IMG/VR virus record: IMGVR_UViG_3300019776_000961
Coordinates: 1-64,000 of that record
Reading direction: 5' to 3' (one strand)
From: a virus
DNA length: 64,000 nucleotides
In this document: positions 17,305 through 24,243 of the stretch, one piece after another
Layout of the letters: every line of letters begins with the position of its first letter
Numbering within the stretch: position 1 is the stretch's first letter
Made by a program: the position numbers and the translations under genes
Notes under the pieces: generated by a model
What the model was told of the DNA's origin: nothing
Seen by the model: the letters and a program-made list of their open reading frames with translations, nothing else
The model's database searches: none

Positions 17305-17428
17305 ACCCTCTAGTACGCGCTTGGATTAATTTTTGGCATAATGAAAAAGTCGTAGTTGTGTCAATTATTTTTACTGTTATTATTTTTTTTCTTGAGTGTT
17401 ACTATCTCTGCAGCTAATATCATCCTTC

Positions 17429-17692
17429 ATGAAAGAAGTAATAAGAGAAGTATCAGGTGCAGTGATGACACTAGCATTTATGTCTTGTTATTTACCACAA
17501 ATTATTAAAATTATTAAAACTGAATCTTCTACCGATGTTTCGCCTTTGATGATTATTCTCGGACTTGTTGGGTATATCTTTGGAATGATCTATATGTTTA
17601 CCAATGTATTTGGTATCTGGTGGTTTTTAAACTACTCTACTGGCATTGTAACATCTCTTATTTTACTTTATTTCTGGTATAAGCACAAATAA
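17429..17692 (+). CDS. PQ-loop / SemiSWEET-like transporter
   Basis: CYLPQIIKIIKTESSTDVS motif plus three TM helices, ~87 aa. Confidence 0.75.
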   Translation: MKEVIREVSGAVMTLAFMSCYLPQIIKIIKTESSTDVSPLMIILGLVGYIFGMIYMFTNVFGIWWFLNYSTGIVTSLILLYFWYKHK

Positions 17693-17695
17693 TTT

Positions 17696-17866
17696 ATGAC
17701 CACATCAAACACAAACAAACAGGCAAGGGTTTATAGACTCTGTCAGGAACTAGAAGAAGCCAAGCTCCGTAAGAAGTCAGTAACAAGAGCGGCGAGCGAT
17801 GAGATCAAGAGGATTCAAGCAGAGATTAAAGAGCTTCTTGAGTCTGAAGAAGAGCAGCTTCCTTAA
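17696..17866 (+). CDS. small coiled-coil hypothetical protein (56 aa)
   Basis: Manual translation MTTSNTNKQARVYRLCQELEE... Confidence 0.55.
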   Translation: MTTSNTNKQARVYRLCQELEEAKLRKKSVTRAASDEIKRIQAEIKELLESEEEQLP

Positions 17867-18193
17867 ATGGCAAAACAATATATACTAAAAGATATAGATT
17901 CTAAAGCTAAGGAGCTAAAGAAGTCTCTTAGGAAAGCTCATAAAATTATTGAGCGTGCTCAAAAGAGAGTATCAAGAACTGGTAAGGATAAGTCATTGCT
18001 CAAAGCAGCATGTGAGCTTGGATTTATCTGCAACAATGCTCCTATCACTAAAGATGGTAAGAGGTATGTTAATCCTATGACATCTGGTGATAAGCTTTTT
18101 CTTGAAGAAATGGGTACGTACAAGTGTATTGAATTCAAACAAAACGAATTTTTAGATTGCACAGGTAAGCAAGTTCATCTAGAATGGTATTGA
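17867..18193 (+). CDS. hypothetical protein
   Basis: 108-aa ORF. Confidence 0.65.
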   Translation: MAKQYILKDIDSKAKELKKSLRKAHKIIERAQKRVSRTGKDKSLLKAACELGFICNNAPITKDGKRYVNPMTSGDKLFLEEMGTYKCIEFKQNEFLDCTGKQVHLEWY

Positions 18194-18217
18194 TAATTTA
18201 GGAGATATATAAAATAT

Positions 18218-18466
18218 GGCAGTGTAGTCCAACGGCAGAGACAAGCGACTTATAGTAATTGAGCCTTATAGGAGGAATCTTATAAGTGGATCCCGCTAAG
18301 TCGGTGAAGGTATCGAAAGATAATAACGCCGAGCTAGCAGGTCGAAAGACCGGGCAAGTGTAGAGACTTTACACGGGATACCCAGAACGGGTAAAGACAA
18401 AGTCCAAGCACCGAAAGGTGTACGAAAATCGCTCAAGTGTGGGTTCGAATCCCACCACTGCTACCA
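18218..18466 (+). tRNA. tRNA-Leu(UAA), split by a group I intron (exons 18218-18251 and 18425-18466)
   Basis: Joined exons give a 76-nt cloverleaf with AGCGA-CTT^AAAA-TCGCT anticodon arm and ACCA end. Confidence 0.9.
18252..18424 (+). ncRNA. group I intron, cyanobacterial/plastid trnL(UAA)-type, 173 nt
   Basis: 5' exon ends in U, intron ends in G; AATTGAG internal guide; P3 ATCCCG/CGGGAT; R GTGTAGAGACT; S AAGACAAAGTCC; P8 and P9 hairpins. Confidence 0.88.
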
Positions 18467-18508
18467 TATTTGTTTTAATTAAAGCACGTGTCTACCATAA
18501 ATATTAGT

Positions 18509-19117
18509 ATGGATAAAAAATGTACATACAAATGCGGTAAACCAGGAATATACCGTCTAAGAGACGGGTCATGGCGCTGTAGTAAGTGGAGCAATAGTTG
18601 CGAGGCTATACGCGAGAAAAACCGTAAAGGGGTAACGCGTGCTCATAGAGAGGGTAAGTGCAAATCCTTTACTGATGAGCATAGAGCTATTACCATTAAA
18701 AACCGTAAAAATAAAGTGATAGAAGATCTTTTTACTGAAGCTAAAGCAAAGTATCGCTCTAACCACTATCTAAAGAAGATTGTGCAAGATTTCGATCTAC
18801 TGCCTTGGAGATGCTCGTGCTGTGGTATTGATAGCTGGCAGGGAAAAAATATTACTTTAGAGCTTGATCATATTGATGGGAGCGCACATAATTGTAAATT
18901 AGAAAATCTAAGACTACTTTGTCCTAACTGCCATTCGCAAACCGACACTTTTCGAGGTAAGGGCATTAATGCAGGTAAGAAAAAAGTCTCTGATGATGAA
19001 TTAAAGGAAAGCTTAAAAAATTCAAAAAATATTAGACAAGCTCTCATTAATGTAGGGCTTTCACCGAGAGGTGGCAACTATACAAGGGCCCTTAAGCTTA
19101 AAAATTTAGCTTGCTAA
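18509..19117 (+). CDS. free-standing HNH homing endonuclease
   Basis: CSCCG...LELDHIDG...NLRLLCPNCHSQT; TAAATA 5 nt before ATG 18509. Confidence 0.9.
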   Translation: MDKKCTYKCGKPGIYRLRDGSWRCSKWSNSCEAIREKNRKGVTRAHREGKCKSFTDEHRAITIKNRKNKVIEDLFTEAKAKYRSNHYLKKIVQDFDLLPWRCSCCGIDSWQGKNITLELDHIDGSAHNCKLENLRLLCPNCHSQTDTFRGKGINAGKKKVSDDELKESLKNSKNIRQALINVGLSPRGGNYTRALKLKNLAC

Positions 19118-19266
19118 ATAGCCATATTCCTTTATACTCATAAGTATATTAAATAAACAGCTTCAGTAGTTGTTTTCGATCATTGACATTTTTAGTTGGT
19201 TTGTAGAGCCGCGGTTGGAAATACCGGCCGCGGCAACCTACTCCTATTCTTAAAATTTAAAAATAT

Positions 19267-19349
19267 GCCAGTGTGGCTCAGCGGCGACAGCACCGCTTTT
19301 GTAAAGCGGTATACAAACAACGGGGGTTCGAGTCCCTCCACTGGCTCCA
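19267..19349 (+). tRNA. tRNA-Thr(UGU) with 12-nt variable loop
   Basis: GCCAGTG/CACTGGC acceptor, CCGCT-TT TGT AA-AGCGG, TCCA end. Confidence 0.85.
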
Positions 19350-19371
19350 TTTTTGATCTTTTACATTTCAC

Positions 19372-19447
19372 GCGGACGTGGCTCGACAAGCAAGGCAACG
19401 GTCTCCAAAACCGTCATATGTAGGCGCGATACCTACCGTCCGTGCCA
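19372..19447 (+). tRNA. tRNA-Trp(CCA), atypical T-loop
   Basis: ACGGT-CT CCA AA-ACCGT; T-loop CGCGATA; GCCA end. Confidence 0.8.
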
Positions 19448-19457
19448 ATTTTTTACT

Positions 19458-19542
19458 GGGTAGATCGCATAGCGGCAATTGCCGGAGACTGTAAATCTCC
19501 TCTCCTTGGAGTTCGAAGGTTCGAGTCCTTCTCTGCCCACCA
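19458..19542 (+). tRNA. tRNA-Tyr(GUA)
   Basis: GGAGA-CT GTA AA-TCTCC, long variable arm, ACCA end. Confidence 0.9.
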
Positions 19543-19575
19543 TTTAAAAATTCTTTTCACAGATTAAATAATAAT

Positions 19576-19998
19576 ATGGATTTCAATACATATGTAAATC
19601 AATTGCTACCGTTGAATGAAGCAAAAAGTGATAAAATTATTCACTATCATATGATTCTTCGCTTAAAAGTTAACAACCCTGTAACAGGTGTCAAGGAATG
19701 TAATACAGTTATTGAGGAGCTGGTAGATGCTATAGATATGAAAATTCTATCCGGTCCGCATACAAAATATTTAGACGTACCAGGTAATAGAGGTATTACG
19801 TCAGTCACGATTATTGAAACTTCACATATTAGCCTTCACGTTTGGGATGAACAAGATCCTGCGTTAATACAATTAGATATTTTTTCGTGCAAAAAATTTA
19901 CAAAGGAACAGGTTTTAAAATTTCTTAAAAACAGATTTGACATCACTGATTTAGAATTTATTTTTCTCGATCGTACGAACGGATTAAAGGTACGATAA
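19576..19998 (+). CDS. speD: S-adenosylmethionine decarboxylase-family (pyruvoyl) proenzyme
   Basis: GITSVTIIETSHISLHVWDE...QLDIFSCK autocleavage motif. Confidence 0.85.
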   Translation: MDFNTYVNQLLPLNEAKSDKIIHYHMILRLKVNNPVTGVKECNTVIEELVDAIDMKILSGPHTKYLDVPGNRGITSVTIIETSHISLHVWDEQDPALIQLDIFSCKKFTKEQVLKFLKNRFDITDLEFIFLDRTNGLKVR

Positions 19999-20011
19999 TC
20001 GTAATCCCTAT

Positions 20012-20084
20012 CGCAGGGTGGACAAACGGTTAAGTCGTCACGCTCATAATGTGAAGATTCCGGGTTCAATTCCCGGCCCTGCCA
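20012..20084 (+). tRNA. tRNA-Met(CAU), initiator-like (no encoded CCA)
   Basis: CGCAGGG acceptor with C1xC72 mismatch; anticodon stem TCACG/TGTGA lacks the 3 G-C pairs. Confidence 0.8.
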
Positions 20085-20090
20085 TTTTTT

Positions 20091-20164
20091 CCTCTGTTAG
20101 CTTAAAAGTAGAGCAATCGACTGATAATCGATAGACGAAGGAGCGTTACCTTCACGGAGGACCA
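20091..20164 (+). tRNA. tRNA-Ile(GAU), atypical T-loop
   Basis: ATCGA-CT GAT AA-TCGAT; T-loop AGCGTTA; ACCA end. Confidence 0.85.
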
Positions 20165-20170
20165 TTTTAC

Positions 20171-20247
20171 GGAGTTGTAGCTCAGTTGGTCAGAGCGCAT
20201 GCCTGTCACGCATGATGCCGTGGGTTCAAGTCCCATCAGCTCCGCCA
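20171..20247 (+). tRNA. tRNA-Asp(GUC)
   Basis: CATGC-CT GTC AC-GCATG; GCCA end. Confidence 0.9.
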
Positions 20248-20302
20248 ATTTTAATAAAAAGGCTTATTGCTAGCATAAATATTATTAACGCAATAAACCT
20301 CT

Positions 20303-20821
20303 ATGATATCTAAACTCGAATCATTTAAAGACGATGTAATACGAATGTATGTTGAAGAAAGAATGACATGTAAGCAAATTGGTTTAAAATTCGGTCTCAG
20401 ACCAAATCCTGTATCTCATTTTCTTACTAAACACGGTGTAGAACTTCGATCACGTGGCTTGCAAAAAGGCAGACCCGGCACAACAAAAGGAAAAAAGTTT
20501 ACTGAAAGAACCACTGATTACAATAATCAACTTATAGAAAGCGGTGAATATAAAAAATTACACGAAGCAGGTATAAGAAAAAGAGTACGTACATACTTGA
20601 TTAACAAGTACGGGCATAAGTGCCAAATTTGCGGTTTAACGGAATGGATGGGTGTCAGAATACCGCTTGTCTGTGACCACATAGATGGGTCAGCAAAGAA
20701 CTGTGAATTAAAAAATTTTAGAATAATTTGTAATAACTGCGATTCGATTTTACCAACATACAAAGGTAAGAATCGTGGTAACGGCAGAAAGTTAAATGGA
20801 AGCTTGGCTGAGCTGGTTTAA
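20303..20821 (+). CDS. HNH homing endonuclease with N-terminal HTH; 3' end overlaps tRNA-Ser
   Basis: CQICG...LVCDHIDG...NFRIICNNCDS. Confidence 0.88.
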   Translation: MISKLESFKDDVIRMYVEERMTCKQIGLKFGLRPNPVSHFLTKHGVELRSRGLQKGRPGTTKGKKFTERTTDYNNQLIESGEYKKLHEAGIRKRVRTYLINKYGHKCQICGLTEWMGVRIPLVCDHIDGSAKNCELKNFRIICNNCDSILPTYKGKNRGNGRKLNGSLAELV

Positions 20822-20889
20822 AGCAGAATTCTACTAAAATTCCGAGGTCTAATACACCTCCGAGGGTTCGAATCCCTCAGCTTCCTCCA
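20798..20889 (+). tRNA. tRNA-Ser(ACU), A34 anticodon, U73
   Basis: GGAAGCT/AGCTTCC acceptor, GAATT-CT ACT AA-AATTC, variable arm GAGGT/ACCTC, TCCA end. Confidence 0.85.
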
Positions 20890-20901
20890 CTAAATATTTT
20901 T

Positions 20902-20984
20902 GCTAGACTCGATCAGGCAGAGAGTAATTAGAATTCTTCGACCAGCGGGTTAAAGACCCGGTAGCCAATGAAGACCTATCTAGC
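20902..20984 (+). ncRNA. candidate structured ncRNA, unassigned
   Basis: GCTAGA/TCTAGC closing stem, internal stems GAGAGT/ATTCTT and CGGGT/ACCCG; starts 5 nt after TAAATA. Confidence 0.5.
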
Positions 20985-20996
20985 ATAAATACTTTT

Positions 20997-21170
20997 ATGA
21001 CTTTTAAAGAATACATTACAGAGAAGAATATCGACGCACCACGTCACCCTGGTATTCTTAAACGTCAGGTTAAAGGTAAGCTTACGTGCTCAAAAGCACG
21101 ATCATTGAAAGGCAAGGGTGGGTTGACAGCTAAGGCTGCCCAGCGTTACCTCAATTACCATTGTCAATAA
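20997..21170 (+). CDS. small basic hypothetical protein (57 aa)
   Basis: MTFKEYITEKNIDAPRHPGILKRQ...YHCQ; TAAATA 5 nt upstream. Confidence 0.65.
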   Translation: MTFKEYITEKNIDAPRHPGILKRQVKGKLTCSKARSLKGKGGLTAKAAQRYLNYHCQ

Positions 21171-21175
21171 CTTTT

Positions 21176-21252
21176 GCATCCATGGTGAACTGGAATAATC
21201 ACGCAACGCTACGGACGTTGAGTACTAGGTTCGATTCCTAGTGGATGTACCA
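21176..21252 (+). tRNA. tRNA-Arg(ACG)
   Basis: CAACG-CT ACG GA-CGTTG; ACCA end. Confidence 0.9.
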
Positions 21253-21259
21253 TTTTTAC

Positions 21260-21350
21260 GGATAGGTGGCAGAGTTGGTCTATTGCATCTGACTTGAAAT
21301 CAGAAGTACCCGGAAGGGTACCGTGGGTTCGAATCCTACCCTATCCGCCA
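21260..21350 (+). tRNA. tRNA-Ser(UGA)
   Basis: TCTGA-CT TGA AA-TCAGA, long variable arm, GCCA end. Confidence 0.9.
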
Positions 21351-21355
21351 TTTTA

Positions 21356-21430
21356 CGCTGGTTAGCTGAGATAGATTAGCACGTGCCTGAAGAGCATGAA
21401 AGGTTGGGGCGGTACCAACACCAGCGGCCA
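21356..21430 (+). tRNA. tRNA-Phe(GAA), atypical D- and T-loops
   Basis: CGTGC-CT GAA GA-GCATG; T-loop GGCGGTA; G73. Confidence 0.8.
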
Positions 21431-21437
21431 ATTTTAT

Positions 21438-21513
21438 ATCAAGGTGGGAGAGTAGTTTATCCACGAGTCTCATAAGCTCGGTTACGTTGGTGCAAATCCA
21501 ACCCTTGATACCA
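21438..21513 (+). tRNA. tRNA with CAU anticodon (elongator Met or lysidine Ile2)
   Basis: CGAGT-CT CAT AA-GCTCG; T-loop TGCAAAT; ACCA end. Confidence 0.85.
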
Positions 21514-21519
21514 ATTTAT

Positions 21520-21594
21520 GGAGACTATCGTTCAATGGCAGGACTTAGGTTTGTGGCACCTATAATTTGGGTTCAATTCCCAATAGTCTCCCCA
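21520..21594 (+). tRNA. tRNA-His(GUG)
   Basis: G-1:C73 pair, TAGGT-TT GTG GC-ACCTA. Confidence 0.9.
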
Positions 21595-21609
21595 TTAAAT
21601 ATTTTTTAT

Positions 21610-21684
21610 GCATGGAAAGCTAATCGGCTAGGCAAGGGTCTGCAAAACCCTTTATGGTGAGTTCGACTCTCACTCCATGCTCCA
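21610..21684 (+). tRNA. tRNA-Cys(GCA)
   Basis: AGGGT-CT GCA AA-ACCCT; U73, TCCA end. Confidence 0.9.
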
Positions 21685-21690
21685 CTTTAC

Positions 21691-21766
21691 GGGGGATTAG
21701 CTCATTTGGTAGAGCGGTAGCTTTGCAAGCTATAGGTGACCGGTTCGAGCCCGGTATCCTCCACCA
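21691..21766 (+). tRNA. tRNA-Ala(UGC)
   Basis: G3:U70; GTAGC-TT TGC AA-GCTAT. Confidence 0.92.
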
Positions 21767-21767
21767 C

Positions 21768-21841
21768 TACCCTGTAGTGTAATGGTAACACCACAGTTTT
21801 TGGCACTGTTATTCATGGTTCGAGTCCATGCGGGGTAGCCA
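21768..21841 (+). tRNA. tRNA-Gln(UUG)
   Basis: U1:A72; ACAGT-TT TTG GC-ACTGT; GCCA end. Confidence 0.9.
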
Positions 21842-21848
21842 GTCTTTC

Positions 21849-21923
21849 CGGGATGTAGCTCAGCTTGGCTAGAGCGCTTGGTTTGGGACCAAGATGTCGT
21901 AGGTTCGAATCCTATCATCCCGA
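21849..21923 (+). tRNA. tRNA-Pro(UGG) (no encoded CCA)
   Basis: CGGGATG/CATCCCG acceptor; CTTGG-TT TGG GA-CCAAG. Confidence 0.9.
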
Positions 21924-21972
21924 TATTTTTTATTGCATATCTTATATTAAGAGCTTAATATATTTTTATTAA

Positions 21973-22047
21973 TCCTGATTAGCTCAATGGTAGAGCAGCG
22001 AGCTGTTAACTCGCATGTTGTTGGTTCGAGTCCAGCATCAGGAGCCA
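21973..22047 (+). tRNA. tRNA-Asn(GUU)
   Basis: GCGAG-CT GTT AA-CTCGC; GCCA end. Confidence 0.9.
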
Positions 22048-22052
22048 TTTTA

Positions 22053-22133
22053 GCTCAGGTGGCGTAACGGCAGCCGCGCAAGTCTTAGGAACTTGTTCCA
22101 AATGGAGTGAGAGTTCGAGTCTCTCCCTGAGCA
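22053..22133 (+). tRNA. tRNA-Leu(UAG) (3' end CTA instead of CCA)
   Basis: CAAGT-CT TAG GA-ACTTG; variable arm; A73. Confidence 0.88.
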
Positions 22134-22179
22134 CTACTTTCATCTTGCATAAATAATTAAAACCAACTAGAATGTCTCT

Positions 22180-22770
22180 ATGTCTCACCTAAGAAAGGAA
22201 ACTGTTTTAGTTCTCAATCGTAGCTGGCAAGCCATTCATACAAAGTCTCCCATGGAAGCTTTTACTATGATGTATCAAGACTCAGCTACTGCTCTCGATA
22301 TTCGTGGAGTTGATGTTATGGTGCCCCTTCGTTGGAAGGATTGGGTAAATCTGCCGTATGATGAGAATGCTAACTATATTAAGACAATAAATGGAGAGAT
22401 AAAGATTCCGACTGTTATCGTTCTCTGTGAATTTGATCGGGTACCTATGAAGCGTCCGAAGTTTACGTCTAATAACCTTTGGGAACGCGATCAGGGTATA
22501 TGTCAATATACTAACAAGAAGCTATCGAGGTCGGAGGCAAATATTGATCACGTCATACCTCGTACTAAAGGCGGTAAGACCAATTGGACAAATTGCGTTA
22601 TTTGTCATAAGGAAGTAAATGCGAAGAAAGGACCTCGTACACCTGAGGAGGCTGGTCTTAAGCTCATTCGTCAGCCTTCTGTTCCTCGTGCTCTCCCTTC
22701 TACATTCTACATCCGCAATAAACACAATGTTACCGATTGGGATATTTTTCTTAAGGATTTCTCTAATTGA
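22180..22770 (+). CDS. HNH endonuclease (McrA/HNH_5-like)
   Basis: VLVLNRSW...LWERDQGICQY...IDHVIPRTKGGKTNWTNCVICHKEVN. Confidence 0.88.
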   Translation: MSHLRKETVLVLNRSWQAIHTKSPMEAFTMMYQDSATALDIRGVDVMVPLRWKDWVNLPYDENANYIKTINGEIKIPTVIVLCEFDRVPMKRPKFTSNNLWERDQGICQYTNKKLSRSEANIDHVIPRTKGGKTNWTNCVICHKEVNAKKGPRTPEEAGLKLIRQPSVPRALPSTFYIRNKHNVTDWDIFLKDFSN

Positions 22771-22789
22771 GATACTATAATATCTTTAC

Positions 22790-22864
22790 GCATCCATCGT
22801 TCAACGGATAGGACAAGGCTCTTCTAAAGCCTTTATGTAGGTTCGATTCCTACTGGATGCACCA
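22790..22864 (+). tRNA. tRNA-Arg(UCU)
   Basis: AGGCT-CT TCT AA-AGCCT; ACCA end. Confidence 0.9.
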
Positions 22865-22872
22865 TCTTTTAT

Positions 22873-22947
22873 GGGAGTGAAGCTTTAATGGTGAAGCACA
22901 CGGCTTTTAACCGTGAGAAGAGGGATCGTTACCCTCCGCTCCTACCA
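22873..22947 (+). tRNA. tRNA-Lys(UUU), atypical T-loop
   Basis: CACGG-CT TTT AA-CCGTG; T-loop ATCGTTA; ACCA end. Confidence 0.88.
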
Positions 22948-22948
22948 T

Positions 22949-23398
22949 TTATTTCTTTAAGTTTTGAATCAATTGTTTTAATTCAGCGAGCTCTTGTTTA
23001 AGTTCGGAGTGATCATACTCCAATCTCTTGTGATCTCGTAATGACTGCCTATCGAGTTTTATATCTTCTTGAAGATCAGTCATAATAATCTTTAAATCCC
23101 TAATTATCTCATGGTCTTCTCTATCAATACGGAGAGCTGCAGACATTTGTTTTCTATCTTTTGCTGCTTGAATGTTTGAAGACATAAGAATAAGAGGAGT
23201 AGCGTACGCAGCTTCAAACGAAAGAAACAAATTAAGAAGAATAAACGGATATGGATCATAATGAGCAAATCCTACAACATTAGCTGTAACCCATAGTATT
23301 AAAATGATGGATTGTATAATGATAAACGTCCAAGAGCCTATAAAAGAGGCAATAATATCTGCTAATTGCAAACTTGCTTTTTTAAGATAGTTGACCAT
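22949..23398 (-). CDS. DUF1003-family membrane protein
   Basis: GSWTFII...YDPYPFILLNLFLSFEAAYATPLILMS signature. Confidence 0.8.
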   Translation of the reverse strand: MVNYLKKASLQLADIIASFIGSWTFIIIQSIILILWVTANVVGFAHYDPYPFILLNLFLSFEAAYATPLILMSSNIQAAKDRKQMSAALRIDREDHEIIRDLKIIMTDLQEDIKLDRQSLRDHKRLEYDHSELKQELAELKQLIQNLKK

Positions 23399-23416
23399 AT
23401 CATTATTTAAGTTGCA

Positions 23417-23692
23417 TTGTATTCATTAAGTGATTATTATGTCTATATGAATCAACAAGCTATTATTATTTCTTTGTTCTATCTTATTGTAAGTACAGCC
23501 CTGTATTGGTTTGAATCGTTTGTTACAATTATATGTATCAACATGTTGTTTCATTTGAACATTGCAACGTCACTAGTTAATATTGGAGCAGTTTTTATTC
23601 TACTTAACGTTGTTCTACGCAACGGATTCAAGATCAAGCTTAAGATCAATAATACAGAGACGGAGAAGAAATCCCAGCTCATTAACGGATAA
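23417..23692 (+). CDS. hypothetical membrane protein
   Basis: Hydrophobic ORF; true start probably ~23447. Confidence 0.45.
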   Translation: MYSLSDYYVYMNQQAIIISLFYLIVSTALYWFESFVTIICINMLFHLNIATSLVNIGAVFILLNVVLRNGFKIKLKINNTETEKKSQLING

Positions 23693-23697
23693 TCAAC

Positions 23698-23850
23698 ATG
23701 GCAACAAATAAAATCATTAAGGTCTGGGGAGCTACCACTTCAAAGAATAGCTTTGCTTATAAAGAGCAAAAGGCTACAGCAGCACGTCAACGTCAATTTG
23801 GCGTAAAGGCACGAGCTCAGAGATCGGACGCAGGTAAGAAGCGTAAGTAA
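23698..23850 (+). CDS. small basic hypothetical protein (50 aa)
   Basis: MATNKIIKVWG...RSDAGKKRK, manual translation. Confidence 0.55.
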   Translation: MATNKIIKVWGATTSKNSFAYKEQKATAARQRQFGVKARAQRSDAGKKRK

Positions 23851-23875
23851 TACATTTTTAAGATAAATACTTTCA

Positions 23876-24229
23876 ATGGACTTTATCACCATTGAACCGC
23901 CTGCTTATCTTAGTATCAGTATACTCGGATATCAGTTTAACTATCTGCAGAGTTTATTCTTAAGTGCAGGTAATACTTCTGTATTTCCTAGTACTACAGC
24001 TATAGATCAATTTTCTAATAGCCATAGAGTATCTGCTATCTGTCCTCCTTTTGTAGGATATCAAATACCGGTATCTGCTTATGCTATTGTTGATAACAAT
24101 CGTTTAATTTTATCATCAGCATTTATACAAGAATTCAGTGGTATTTTTGATGTAATATTTTTAAATAGAGCTGGTTATACAAAACTATCTGATATCGGCT
24201 ACTATATAAATGCCCTTAGTGCATCATAG
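23876..24229 (+). CDS. hypothetical late protein
   Basis: 117 aa; TAAATA 6 nt upstream. Confidence 0.6.
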   Translation: MDFITIEPPAYLSISILGYQFNYLQSLFLSAGNTSVFPSTTAIDQFSNSHRVSAICPPFVGYQIPVSAYAIVDNNRLILSSAFIQEFSGIFDVIFLNRAGYTKLSDIGYYINALSAS

Positions 24230-24243
24230 GATTTATATCCTTA

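Noticed and set aside
18218-18466. Short variable loop of tRNA-Leu(UAA) as a novelty
   Set aside because: Short-arm Leu(UAA) tRNAs are known (e.g. actinobacterial), so this is not claimed as new.
16534-22188. ORFs 16534-16785(-), 19192-19398(-), 19196-19423(+), 19836-20069(-), 21730-21918(-), 22006-22188(-)
   Set aside because: These are translations of tRNA genes or their antisense (e.g. GFEPT, GLEPP motifs), not proteins.
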